64,000 nt of DNA from Octopus sinensis (taxonomy: Eukaryota): contig NC_043006.1 of assembly GCF_006345805.1 (NCBI RefSeq), positions 52,080,001 through 52,144,000 on the forward strand, read 5' to 3'. This document shows positions 25,168-36,715 of this stretch, one piece after another. Numbering within the stretch: position 1 is the first letter of the stretch; every line of letters begins with the position of its first letter. The position numbers and the translations under genes were made by a program. Under the pieces are notes generated by a model. The model was not told the origin of the DNA. It searched no databases and saw nothing but the letters and a program-made list of their open reading frames with translations.

Positions 25168-26013
25168 TTATTTGCCAATAGTGTTAAATTTCAAGTCTTG
25201 TGACATTCCTAACTGCCGATTATGACATCCCAGTTGGAAACTACAACCCTAAGAGATAGCTCTTGATCTGCTTGAAATAGTGACTAAATCTCCCTTTAAT
25301 CATATCCTACCGTCTGAAAGGAAGAATGCATTACATAACGTAGCTCTGAATTCCACTAGGCAAGCGATGTGGTCATGGTCGGAACGTCTTTGGTCGTATG
25401 TCTAGAGGATATCAGGGTTGACCTAGAGTGAAACTATAACAAAAGCATCATATGCAAACCTGAGAAGCCAACGAGAGAGTCACATCGTGAACGCATATCG
25501 AGCCCGAAATAACAGACAAATTGCTTTCAAAATCATATCCTACTATCTTTAAAATAAAACGATTGCTTGAATATCTAGTTCCATAAGTCATTGCTGCAAA
25601 TTCAACACCTGACAAATATACTCTGGTCATCAGCGACTATAGGCTCCGCTCACTCAGGATTGATCAAGAGCTAAGCAACATGAAAACAAAAAAGAAAAAA
25701 AAAAGCCCAAGCAAAAACAAAAAGAACATGACGACCCATTTCACGTCTCCTTGAAATGGCCGAGTTCATTTTTAGTTTTATCTGCTGCCATATGCACGAG
25801 TTTTGTTTACTGTGAAGATGATATACTGCCAAAGCAAAAATGATATAAATAGGTTAGTGTAATATTATCCGTTTGTAAGGTGATACCGTAAGCTGAGATA
25901 CTGTAAAGTGAGACCACTGATCAAGCAAACCAAACCAAACCAAACCAAACCAAACCCTTCATTGTCAAACATTAGAATAGTATGGAATGCACTAAAATAT
26001 GTGTGTGCGTATG

Positions 26014-26072
<59 letters not shown>

Positions 26073-26354
26073 TATTATTAATAATGATAAAAGGTAAAAT
26101 TAATTAATTAATTAATTAGTAATTAATAATTTTACCAAGTAGTTGGGTATGTTAAAAGAACCATTATCGGTAAACGTATACAAAAATTCTATAATTATGA
26201 GCATAATTATAATTGGGATTCAGCAAAATAAGCATATGTGCGTGTGTATGTATGTATGCATATATACACACAAACACACACATACATACATACATACATA
26301 CATACATACATACATACATACATACATACATGCATGCATGCATGCATACATACA

Positions 26355-26387
<33 letters not shown>

Positions 26388-26668
26388 GCATGCATGCATA
26401 CATACACACACACACACATACATGCATATACATACATATAGATGTATACATATAGCGAAGTTCCCTCTGTTGCACGCATTCGGTTCAGCTCTTCGGTCAA
26501 AGGATAATGTTTCTCCTTCTCTCCCTTCCCCTCTCCCCTTCCTTCCTTCCTTCCCTCCTTATCACCGGTTTCAGGGACTCTGTAAAGGGTCATTATCGTT
26601 GGCATCTATCCTAATTGAATGATTAAAAATATGCACATATTTACACACACACACACGTCTGCGTGTAC

Positions 26669-26713
<45 letters not shown>

Positions 26714-26716
<3 letters not shown>

Positions 26717-26935
26717 CATTCAAAATGTGATCGCGTGTGTACCGTTGGCGATTTTTTTCCACTGTCTTCCCTTCTCTGGATCTTTCCTCCTCCTATGTTT
26801 CCGACGAAGAGCTCCGCTCGAAACGTTAAACCCTCCTTCTTTCCTTCTTTCCTGAGCGTCCAATAATACTATATTTGTTCCACGTCCTCGCGTTGTTGTG
26901 TTTTTTTTTGTGCTTTCTTGTTTGGATTAACTTTA
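26714..26935 (+). mobile_element. Short Penelope-type terminal repeat element with a hammerhead motif (26797-26831)
   Basis: GTTT CCGACGA A GAGC tcc GCTC GAAA C GTT AAAC; copies at 33775-33970 (-) and partially 41464-41560 (+); (TA)n on both flanks. Confidence 0.7.
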
Positions 26936-27135
26936 TATATATACATATATATATAATCATTGAAACTCGAATCGCGAGACAAACTTCAGTTTCAAAAAAA
27001 GAAAAGAACATCCTCTATAACATGTATTGAGCATTTTTTTTTCATTCTTTCGATATTAAGCAGTGTATTTATGTACTATATATATAAATATATGTATTAT
27101 TATTGTCATTATCATTATTATTATTATTATTATTA

Positions 27136-27350
27136 GGCGACGAGCTGGTAGAATCGTTAGCACGGCGGGCGAAATGCTTAGCGGCATTTCGTCTGTTTTT
27201 ACGTTCTGAGTTCAAATTCTGCCGAGGTCGACTTTGCCTTTCATCCTTTCGGGGTCGATAAATTAAGTACCAGTTGTATATGGAGTCGATCTAATCGACT
27301 GGTCCCCCTCCCCCAAAATTTCGGGCCTTGTGCTTAGAGTAGAAAAGATT
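27136..27350 (+). mobile_element. SINE family B
   Basis: GGCGACGAGCTGGTAGAATCG head, core, tail AAAATTTCGGGCCTTGTGCTTAGAGTAGAAAAG, flanked by (ATT)n. Confidence 0.85.
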
Positions 27351-27370
27351 ATTATTATTATTGTTGTTGA

Positions 27371-27410
<40 letters not shown>

Positions 27411-27949
27411 ATAATTAATTTTATCTCTAAACCTACTGAATTTCAGCGCTTCATTATAATAATGAGTCGCTTTGTTGAAGGAAGATATATATCAGATGAA
27501 ATACTGGATAACCGAATACTAATATTTTTCACTAGATTATTTATAACAGTAGGCGGGATGTTTAAAGATATATTTATGCAGTATTACTTTTGGCTTCCTA
27601 AATGGCATTTCTTTGTTTCTAAATCTAAGGTGATATCTAAAAATTTAGCTATATAGTTTCTTTTTTCTTTTTTTTTGCATCAACTGTAATTTTTAGATGT
27701 AAGTCTTTAAATAACTCAAAAATCCTCTTTTGATTCCCTTTTTTTTTATTTCGAAGATAGAAAAATGGGGTTTCGTGACTGATTCATTTCGTATAAACAA
27801 TTATATTTAAAGTGAAAAGCAGTGGCTCTCATTCATGAATCAAAACTGCCATTCGACTTCTGATTTGAGAATATATTGATTCCTAACATTGGCACAAGAA
27901 CAGCCATTTCAACGAAGAACGTAATGTGTCAAATTGAAACCGGTACGCG

Positions 27950-28112
27950 AAAGAGTACAACAAGGGTCACCACCACCCCCTGTTGGAGCTTCATGGAGTT
28001 TTTTTTAGGTGTTTTGCTCAATAAACACACTCAACGCCCGGTCTAGGAATCGAAACCGCGATCCTCCAACCGCGAGTCTGCTGACCTAACCACTGGGCCA
28101 TTGCGCCTCCAC
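27950..28112 (-). mobile_element. tRNA-derived SINE family C, 5' part
   Basis: Minus strand GGAGGCGCAATGGCCCAGTGGTTAGG...GGTTTCGATTCC; matches 37851 and 38891. Confidence 0.8.
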
Positions 28113-28699
28113 ATATACATATATGTGTCCGTTTGTGTTGTGTGTGCATATGCATATACGTACATGTATGTATGTATGTATGTATGTATGTATGTATGTA
28201 TGTATGTATGTATGTATGTATGTATGTATGTATGCATGCATGTACAGATATTTACTCTATAAGCACATGCTTGGTAGAATGTCATATACGATCACCATCG
28301 CTGAGGGTTTCAATGATTTCTCAAATAAAACGACTTTCTCATCATCGGCAGAATAGTTTGAGCATCGAACAAAACGCCTACAATGTTTAATTACGGTTCA
28401 CTCTGAGTTCAGTTCCTGCCACTGATAACTACAATTCATCTAGAGGGAGATCAACAAAATAAAACTTCCGTGATGTATCAGAAACGTGAATTGGATTACG
28501 ATACGGGCCCATAAGATAAAAACTGATGTCCTTGAGCAAGGAATGGCATTTCTAACTCATTCAAAATCCTTTACACCCTACCCGAACACAGAGGGTAATT
28601 AAGAAATGTTTGTTTTTGTTTTTTTTGAAACAGAATAATTAGAAGTGTTTGATTATGATGTCCAGTTGAAAGAAATGAGTTAAAGAGAGAAACCATTTT

Positions 28700-29065
28700 A
28701 CAAGTGTAGCTACGGCTGGATGCATGGTTTAGAGATCCGTTTCGTAGCCACGCGGTTTTGAGGTTAGTTCCACTGCGCAGCATCTTGGGCAAGTGTCTAG
28801 TGATGGGCTCGGACTGACCAATTCCGTGTGAATGAATTTAGTAAGCGGAAAGTCATAGAAGCCCATTGTGTATGTGTGTGTGTATGTGTGTGTGTGCGCA
28901 CGCGCATTTGTGGGTTTTTGTTTTCACTGCTTGATAACAGGTGTTTACGTCTCCCTAATCTAACAGTTTGTCAACGAGACCAACTGAATGAGTACCAGTT
29001 TTGAAATAAGTTATTGAGGTCAATTCGGTCGACTAAACCCTTCATAGCAGCACCTCACAATGGCC
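28700..29065 (+). mobile_element. SINE family A, old diverged copy
   Basis: CATCTTGGGCAAGTGTC core, internal TG tract, degraded tail. Confidence 0.6.
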
Positions 29066-29482
29066 GCTGTCCTTTTTTTTTTTTTTTTTTTGAGGTGTCG
29101 TTCTGTTTCAGAAAACAGCACAGATGCGACCCTGTTATAAATGAGAAGAGAATTATCAAGAGATATAAAATGCAGGGTTTCTGAGTTCAAACCTCGTTTG
29201 TTTGACGGTGGATTCCATCTTCCTCCGATACACACGCCTTGAGAAGATTGGACGGAACTGAGGGTCAACTGTAGCACACGCGGCTGTTTCCTCCTCATCA
29301 CGAAACATATGTAAATTATTCAAACGAAGAATAGGTAACATTTACCATTTAGCCCCAGTTTGTTACAGGAATTACCAGAACAATACCGGAGATAGTTCCA
29401 GATTGCCTTAGGGAAACCACTTGTTAGGTGAGACCCTAAACATCTTACCCCCACAATTGAGCTGCTGAAAATCAAAGTTATT

Positions 29483-29544
<62 letters not shown>

Positions 29545-29553
<9 letters not shown>

Positions 29554-29830
29554 TGCTGTTTAGCCCCAGGTAAGCTCTGACAGAGCAGACAGACTTATGG
29601 TTAGAGGTCATACTAGCCATGACCATATGGTCTATTCTTCTGGAATAACACACCTTGGACAACATTATCATCCAGCGCCGTCTTCTTTTATAAGACCTGT
29701 TTTCAGGAAGATTTGCTTGCTATTTCTAACAGGCCGCAGGACTGTGTTTAGACTCCCTTATGTCTTAAGATGGTCTACCGGCTGAGATTGACAAGCTATA
29801 TTGACCCGACATGGGGTGTGAAATCACACA
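29545..29830 (-). repeat. Dispersed repeat family with a ...CCTGGGGCTAAACAAC-type tail (unclassified retroposon); relatives at ~3290, 24000, 25200-25440, 30400, 30740 and 47200
   Basis: Shared GTTTAGCCCCAGGT..., CCATGACCAT and GCTATTTCT..CAGG segments. Confidence 0.45.
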
Positions 29831-31117
29831 CACACACAGACGCACATACGCATACACACACACACAGACGCACACAGCATGTGTGTGCGTGTGCGTCTGT
29901 GTGTGTGTGTTTGTGTGTGCGTGCGTGTGTATGTGTTTATGTACCAAACGCCTATATGAGAGGATATCTCAAGGCTAATAACGCCGTATTTAGTGTTCTA
30001 AAAGAAAATATCCATGTTAAGATGGATATAGAGGTTGCCTTTTGATATATATGTATGTGCGTGAGTGAGCGTGTATGTATGTGTGTGTGCGTGCGTGTGT
30101 GTGTGTGTGTATGTGTGTGCGTGTGTGGATATTCCATGAAACGAAAGTGCACATTTATATTTATTCATCATCTTTTGATTTATTTATTTACTTATTTTTC
30201 ATTATTTTAGTCTGGGAGAAGGAGCTGTACCCATGGTTATCGGAGCTTCGCTCAACGTCACCCCCACTCCACTTCACCCCCACTCCACCTCACCCCACTC
30301 CACCTCACCCTACTGCACCCTAGACTAGTGATTTAGCTATGGCATAATAAATAATACGTCGATATTTTGCCGGTTATCATAGTAAATCAATAAACAACAT
30401 AATGTAGAGTTCCTCCCTACATGGTCACCCATCTGCAAGAAATAGAAGCCAAATATCCCTCAAACCACACCTTATCGTTTTAACAGACACAAAACAAAAG
30501 AAGAAGAAGAAAATGGTCACATTGGATAATGTAGTCTTAGATAAACCGTGCCTGAATTTAAAAACGAAAATATTTCATAGGTAGGACTCCGACAATCTTA
30601 GCAAGCCTTCTAAACTACAAATGAATGAATGAATAGGTGTTTGCATATCAGATATTTTACTAGTTGTCATAACTACTGAATGTTATTGTTGCCGATGTTG
30701 TTGTTGCCGTCCTCGTTGTTCTTTTTGTTGTTGTCGCTGTTGTTCTTTAGCCCCGATCCAACAAATCTATAATCATAACAGCATTCCAACCGAGAAAATC
30801 CTGTTTTTTTCTTTCTCAAACAGATGTTTCTTTCTTCAAGACAATAAAGTGTGACTAAAGGAATGTAGGAATATTTTGCTGCTATTTCTTTTAGGTCGAG
30901 TAACAGCGATTATTTGGAATCTTTCACGCTGTCATAATATAATATCAAATGAAAGAACGAATAGCAATGTCATATAAGAGCGATATCTCACCGGTTGTCA
31001 TAGAAAGATAAACTGGTAACTAAAGCTTAAATGGGTAGTATATTGTTAAGTGTGTAAACAAGTAAATACATCCCGTATTTATAAACATGTGAGTTCGTGA
31101 ATGTGTGTGTGTGTGTG

Positions 31118-31157
<40 letters not shown>

Positions 31158-31193
31158 TGCATTAAATTAGGGCCATTATTTTGAAGCGGGTTT

Positions 31194-31230
31194 AAGGACA
31201 ACACGCAAATTCGTGAAGGGTTCCAAATTT
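31194..31230 (+). pseudogene. U6 snRNA 3'-terminal fragment (retrocopy)
   Basis: AAGGACAACACGCAAATTCGTGAAGGGTTCCAAATTT versus the U6 3' end as I recall it, AAGGATGACACGCAAATTCGTGAAGCGTTCCATATTT: 33/37 identical. Confidence 0.8.
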
Positions 31231-31237
31231 ATAATGC

Positions 31238-31578
31238 GGACGTAGGAGTGGCTGTGTGGTAAGTAGCTTGCTTACGAACCACATGTTCGGGTTCAGTCCC
31301 ACTGCGTGGCACCTTGGGCAAGTGTCTTCTACTATAGCCTCGGGCCGACCAAAGCCTTGTGAGTGGATTTGAGTGTTTGTCCCCCCCACCACCATTACCT
31401 GACAACCGATGCTGGTGTGTTTACGTCCCCGTAACTTAGCGGTTCGGCAAAAGAGCCCGATAGAATAATTACTAAGTTTACAAAGAATAAGTCCTGGGGT
31501 CGATTTGCTCGACTAAAGGTGGTGCTCCAGCGTGGCCACAGTCACATGACTGAAACAAGTAAAACAGTAAAAGAGTAA
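31238..31578 (+). mobile_element. SINE family A with an internal deletion removing the microsatellite
   Basis: Head, CORE-like domain, then a jump from GTGGATTTG to GTGTTTGTCCCCCC, and a complete tail. Confidence 0.85.
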
Positions 31579-31731
31579 AGCGTAATGGAGTGAAGGGCTT
31601 AGTTCGGTGAGTAGAATAAAATTCATGTGTATGTATGTATGTATGTATGTATGTATGTATGTATGTATGTATGTGCATGCACGTATGTATGTATAAATGC
31701 GAATAAATTACACAGCACAGCTGGTACGTAC

Positions 31732-31926
31732 CTTGATAACTTGCAAAGGAATTCCCGTATCGCAGCCTCCGATGATGCGAAAACCCCACTGTACACAAGT
31801 CTCATCTCGTCTCAGACGGATAAACCCTCTCTTAATTTTCGGTGGGGCAGGTTGTGATTGCGGCACTGGTCCAGGGTGGTTTTCACCATTCTCAACAGTC
31901 ACAGCTTCCCTTGATTCTCCATCCAT
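31732..31926 (-). CDS. Coding exon of a PDZ-domain protein, PDLIM/Zasp (ALP/Enigma, Zasp66-like) family; N-terminal half of the PDZ domain
   Basis: 65 codons MDGESRE...IRLRRDETCVQWGFRIIGGCDTGIPLQVIK matches the family pattern WGFRLxGGxDxxxPLxIxxV. Phase-0 donor AAG|GTACGT at 31732/31731, the position where PDLIM genes have their first PDZ intron. Acceptor TTTTGTTGTAAG|AC 2 nt before the ATG. Confidence 0.85.
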
Positions 31927-32416
31927 GTCTTACAACAAAACTTTAAATCACCGAGGTATATCCCTTAATTTATATACAAATATAAATATATTATGCAATA
32001 TATAGCTAGCTATATGTGTCCGTATATTGTTTAGTAATCACTACTATATTACATTTGTTTCTAAATAAACCAGATAGACCCTTATATTTGATACGTTTCT
32101 TAATATATTTCTGTATTTCTATATTATCAACTGTTGCTTTTTAGAGTTTCTTTCTTCTGTCTATCTTTTAGTTATCTGTCTGTGTGGCTGTATGTTTTTT
32201 TCTCTCTCTCTAGTTTACTTTTCCTTTTCTCTTACTCTGTCCCTCTCCCGCTCACACTTTTTGAATCTGTATCCCGTCTAACTTGTTACTTCTAACTGAT
32301 AACCACTGACTATTTGCCTCGCTTTAAATCAGGCTCCATATAAATATAAATATAAATATGTGCGTGTGTGTGCGTGCGTCAGTGCGTAATATGTTTATGT
32401 ATGGAGGTAGGTAGGA

Positions 32417-32460
<44 letters not shown>

Positions 32461-32879
32461 CTCCCTATTTTACCTCTTTTCATCCCATTACCTCCTCTTC
32501 CACCTCCACCACTTTCCCTCTCTCTCTATCCCTCCACATCCTAGCTTTCATTCCTCCACTTACAAATCTTCCTGTCACACCACCATTTCCATCGTTGTTC
32601 TCAGTCCTCCACTGCCTCCTCCTTCACCTTTTCCTCCTCCTTCTTCACACACACGCGCGCGCTTGCATTCAACAATTTCTCACTCTCTCCACCTGTCTCA
32701 ATCCTACTTTCAGTTTGCTTTCTTGTATATCATATTTTATTTCTTTCCTTTCTTACTCCCCCGACTTCAATCTCGATTTATTACCTTCTACCGACCTTTC
32801 TCTTTCCTTTGTTTGTTTCTTTCTTTTTCTTTCTCTCTTTTTTCTGTTCTCTGTATGTTTGTGTGTGTGTGTATAATAT

Positions 32880-32928
<49 letters not shown>

Positions 32929-32989
32929 ATCAAATAATAATATAAATATATGTATATATACATACATACATGTACATACCTACATATAT

Positions 32990-33270
32990 ATGTATATACA
33001 CATGCATATATGGGTACAGGACATAAAAAAAAATGAGACAGAAGGAGAAACGAGAACATAAAAAACAAAAACATTGAAAATGAACTTTCGATAAAACAGG
33101 GGACAACTGATGAAGGGAATGTTCTTTACGTTCCTTGTCTCGTTTCTCTGAGTTTTTTGGGGTTTTTTATTGCTTTTTCGTTGTTCGAAAAAATGTTCGT
33201 TTCCATGTTTTTGTTTTTTATGTACTCGTTTCTCATTCTGTTTCGTATTTTGATGTTCTGTACCCATATT
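32990..33270. repeat. Fold-back copy of the ATGCATATATGGGTACAGG family
   Basis: The left ~90 nt are imperfectly inverted in the right arm ending TGTACCCATATTTGCAC; the centre carries GACAACTGATGAAGG shared with 10.2 kb. Confidence 0.65.
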
Positions 33271-33393
33271 TGCACGTAAATATACATATATATATATATA
33301 GGTATGTACATATATGTATGTATATATGAATATATTTATATATTATTTAAATTATTATATGATCGAACGCCACGCATCCTTTTCCAAGTAAGT

Positions 33394-33469
<76 letters not shown>

Positions 33470-33494
33470 GTATACATACACGCTCATACACACA

Positions 33495-33550
<56 letters not shown>

Positions 33551-33574
33551 ACACACACATATATAATATAATAA

Positions 33575-33725
33575 TAGGGAGTTACGAAAAAAACAAAAGA
33601 CGAAGACAGGTGGTGTACAAAACAAACAGATGTATTAGTATAACGCTCAGAATAAAAAGTCTTTTACGTTTCGAGCCTACGTTCTTCTACACAGAAAGGG
33701 ACACAGAAAAAACAAGGAGAGAATG
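33575..33725 (-). mobile_element. Penelope-type terminal repeat, second copy of the 13.8-kb family (variant hammerhead 33661-33698)
   Basis: Minus strand CTTT CTGTGTAGA A GAAC gtag GCTC GAAA C GTA AAAG. Confidence 0.65.
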
Positions 33726-33774
<49 letters not shown>

Positions 33775-33969
33775 AAGTTAATTCAAACATGAAGACACAA
33801 AGAGAAAACACAACAACGCGAGGACGTGGAACAAATATAGTATTATTGGATGCTCAGGAAGAAGGAAGGTTTAATTTTCGAGCGGAGCTCTTCGTCAGAA
33901 ACATAGGAAGAGGAAAGATCCAAGAAGGGAAAACGGAGAAAAAAATCGCCAACGGTACACACGCGATCA

Positions 33970-33970
<1 letters not shown>
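33775..33970 (-). mobile_element. Penelope-type terminal repeat, second copy of the 26.8-kb family (hammerhead relic 33869-33902)
   Basis: Minus strand GTTT CTGACGA A GAGC tcc GCTC GAAA ATT AAAC: canonical core, stem III CG lost. Confidence 0.7.
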
Positions 33971-34012
<42 letters not shown>

Positions 34013-34078
34013 ATATATATATATATATATTATATATAATCAAATATATATATATTGATAATGCATGTATATAAGTAT

Positions 34079-34126
34079 GGTGCCCCAGCATGGTCACAAC
34101 CTCAAGGCTGAAACATATAAAAGAAT
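34079..34126 (+). mobile_element. Isolated CR1-group LINE/SINE-A 3' tail
   Basis: GGTGCCCCAGCATGGTCACAACCTCAAGGCTGAAACATATAAAAG. Confidence 0.6.
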
Positions 34127-34149
34127 ATATGTTGTTGTTTGTTCCTTCT

Positions 34150-34401
34150 CTAGTCATGCCTGGCTCATAAGGGCAGGTTTCGCAATTTCATTGGCGTATA
34201 GGTTTCCCACCTGCTAGATGCAGGAGAAAAAAGTGAGAGAAAGTTGTGACGAGTCAGCAAAAGTTCGCCATTACCTACAACCGGAGCCGCCTGGAGCTTA
34301 GGTGTTTCGCTTATAAACACACACATCGCTCGGTCGGAGATTCGAACCCGCGATCCCTCCACCGCGAATCCGCTGCTCTAACTAGGCCATGTGCCTCCAC
34401 A
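34150..34401 (-). mobile_element. Chimeric SINE: family C head and body with family D tail
   Basis: Minus strand has a C-type head (GGAGGCACATGGCCTAGTTAGAGCAGCGGATTCGCGG) and a tail CTTATGAGCCAGGC similar to 20807-20850. Confidence 0.55.
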
Positions 34402-34529
34402 CACACACACATATATAATACTATATTTCTAGAGGAAATATACTCCACCGTGGGTAACACCAGGTCGCTGAAACTGTGAACGTGCTTTACTTAACACGCT
34501 AATTGACAGGTACCCATTTGTGCAAAAAA

Positions 34530-34604
34530 TTGCATGTGTGTGTATGAGTGGATTTGGTGGACGGAAAATGAAAGAAGCCTCTCTTATATATAATATCTAT
34601 ATAT

Positions 34605-34646
<42 letters not shown>

Positions 34647-34667
34647 TATATATATCTATATTATATA

Positions 34668-34724
<57 letters not shown>

Positions 34725-34970
34725 ACATATATATATACACACATATATATTTATGTTGGTGTATCTGTGTTTGTCCTCCCACCCTACGATCGTTTGACAA
34801 CCGATGTTGTGTTTACGTCCCTGTAACTTAGCGATTCGGCAAAAAATAATAAAACCGGCAGAATAAATACTCGGCTTACAAAGAATAAGTCCTGGAGACG
34901 ATTTGTTCGACTAGAGGAGGTGCTCCAGCATGGTCACAGTCAAATAACTGAAACAGTAAAAGAGTAAAAG
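34530..34970 (+). mobile_element. SINE family A, 5'-truncated, with expanded internal (TA)n
   Basis: GAGTGGATTTGGTGGACGGAAAATG ... GGTGCTCCAGCATGGTCACAGTCAAATAACTGAAAC. Confidence 0.8.
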
Positions 34971-35744
34971 AGTATATATATATAGTATATATAATATATA
35001 TATATATATTTACATATATAATGTATATATATTATATAATGTTATATATATATATATATATAATATTATATATATATTATGTGTGGTGTATATATATATA
35101 TTATATACAGTATATTGCTGACAACCGGTGTTGGTGTGTTTCAGTCTGCGTAATCAAGTGGTTCGCCAAAAGAGACCGATAGAATAAGCACTAGACTGTA
35201 ACAAATGTACTGGGTTCGATTCCTTCAAATATAATTCTTCAAGGCGATGTCCCAGGGTGGCTGCAGTCTCCTGATTGAAATAAGTAAAAGATAAAAGATA
35301 ATCTCTCTGTTTCTGTCTGTCTCTCTCCTCTTTATTTATTTATTGATATCATTGTTTTTATCTAAGAGTTATATATCAAAGTAGTCAAACATCATATTGA
35401 AAATTTTTTTCAACGTTACACTAGAGTAATAGAGTAATATACTATATATAACACTCTGACACTTCGAAGTTTCGCCTGTGTAAGATTCGTCGGGCAATAG
35501 GACATTTAGACTTTTTTCAATAGAAATATGCAAATAAAAGAGACTTATGTCCCTTAAAGCTGGTAACTTAACAGGTAAATAAAAATCGATAAAATGAGTA
35601 CCTGAATAGTAGATCGATATAACTGACAAAAACCTTGGAAACGGTAGCCAAGCCCTAATGGCTGGAGCGAATGAAAAGATTGAAGAATATACATATGTAT
35701 ATATGATTGATGCATATTCAAAGGAAAGAGATTGAGAGAGAATG

Positions 35745-36107
35745 TATATGTGGCTGTGTGGTAAGAAGCTTGCTTCCCAGCCACATGGTTCCGGGTTCAG
35801 TTCCCCTGCGTGGCACCTTCGGCAAGTGTCCTCTACTAAAGCCTCGAGTCAACAAAGCGTTGTGAGTGAATTTGGTAGACGGGAACTGAAAGATGTCTGC
35901 CACGCATGTGTGTGTGTTGACCTCCCCACCCCCAACACCGCTTAATAACTGGTGTTGGTTTGTTTGCGGAACTTAGCGGTTCGGCTTAAGGCACCGATAT
36001 AATACGTACTTGAGTTAAAAAATAAGTCCTGGGGGCGATTCATTCGAGTAAAAAATTCGTCGAGGCGGCGCTCCAGCATAGCCAGAGTCAAATGACTGAA
36101 TCATAAA

Positions 36108-36110
<3 letters not shown>
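35745..36110 (+). mobile_element. SINE family A
   Basis: Head TGTGGCTGTGTGGTAAGAAGC, core and tail. Confidence 0.8.
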
Positions 36111-36147
<37 letters not shown>

Positions 36148-36279
36148 CAGGTTTTTGTTTAATTTTCTGCTGCTTTGAATAAGCATATTACTCTACCACT
36201 GGTATTTGAGTACTCTTTTTTACACCTTGTTCACATTTATGTGTTTACTCCGGTATATTATATATATATATATATAGAT

Positions 36280-36446
36280 TAGGATGGCTGTGTAGTAAGA
36301 AGCCATATGGTGCCGGGTTCAGTCCCATTGCGTGGCACCATGGGCCTAAAGCCTCGGGCCAACCAAAGCCTTGTGAGTGTATTTGGTAGTCGGAAACTGA
36401 AAGAAGCCCGTCGTATATACGTATGTGTGTATATATACATAAATAA

Positions 36447-36477
<31 letters not shown>

Positions 36478-36715
36478 TGTGTGTGTGTGTTCGTGTGTGT
36501 AGTCGCATGTCTGTGTTTATCTCCTACCATCGCTTGACAACCGATGTTGGTGTATTTACGTCTCCGTAACTCAGCAGTTCGGCAAAAGATAACGATAGAA
36601 TAAGTACTAGGCTTACAAAAAATAAGTCCTGGGGTCGATTTATTCGGCTAAAGTTGGTACTCCAGCATGGTCGCAGTCTAATAGCTGAAACAAGTGAGAT
36701 AAAAGAATAAAAAGA
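36280..36715 (+). mobile_element. SINE family A
   Basis: Head, partly deleted core, (TATG)n insert and tail. Confidence 0.8.

Noticed and set aside
25460-25610. Minus-strand segment bounded by CAG| and |GTTTGC, open in one frame
   Set aside because: Unrecognisable peptide, weak donor and weak acceptor; not the expected PDZ continuation.
29156-29341. GC-richer ORF (MFRDEEETAACATVDPQF...)
   Set aside because: No recognisable domain or splice signals; runs into degraded SINE sequence.
35461-35497. Hammerhead-like CCGACGAA...AGGCGAAAC on the minus strand
   Set aside because: Stems I, II and III do not pair adequately; at most a heavily decayed relic.
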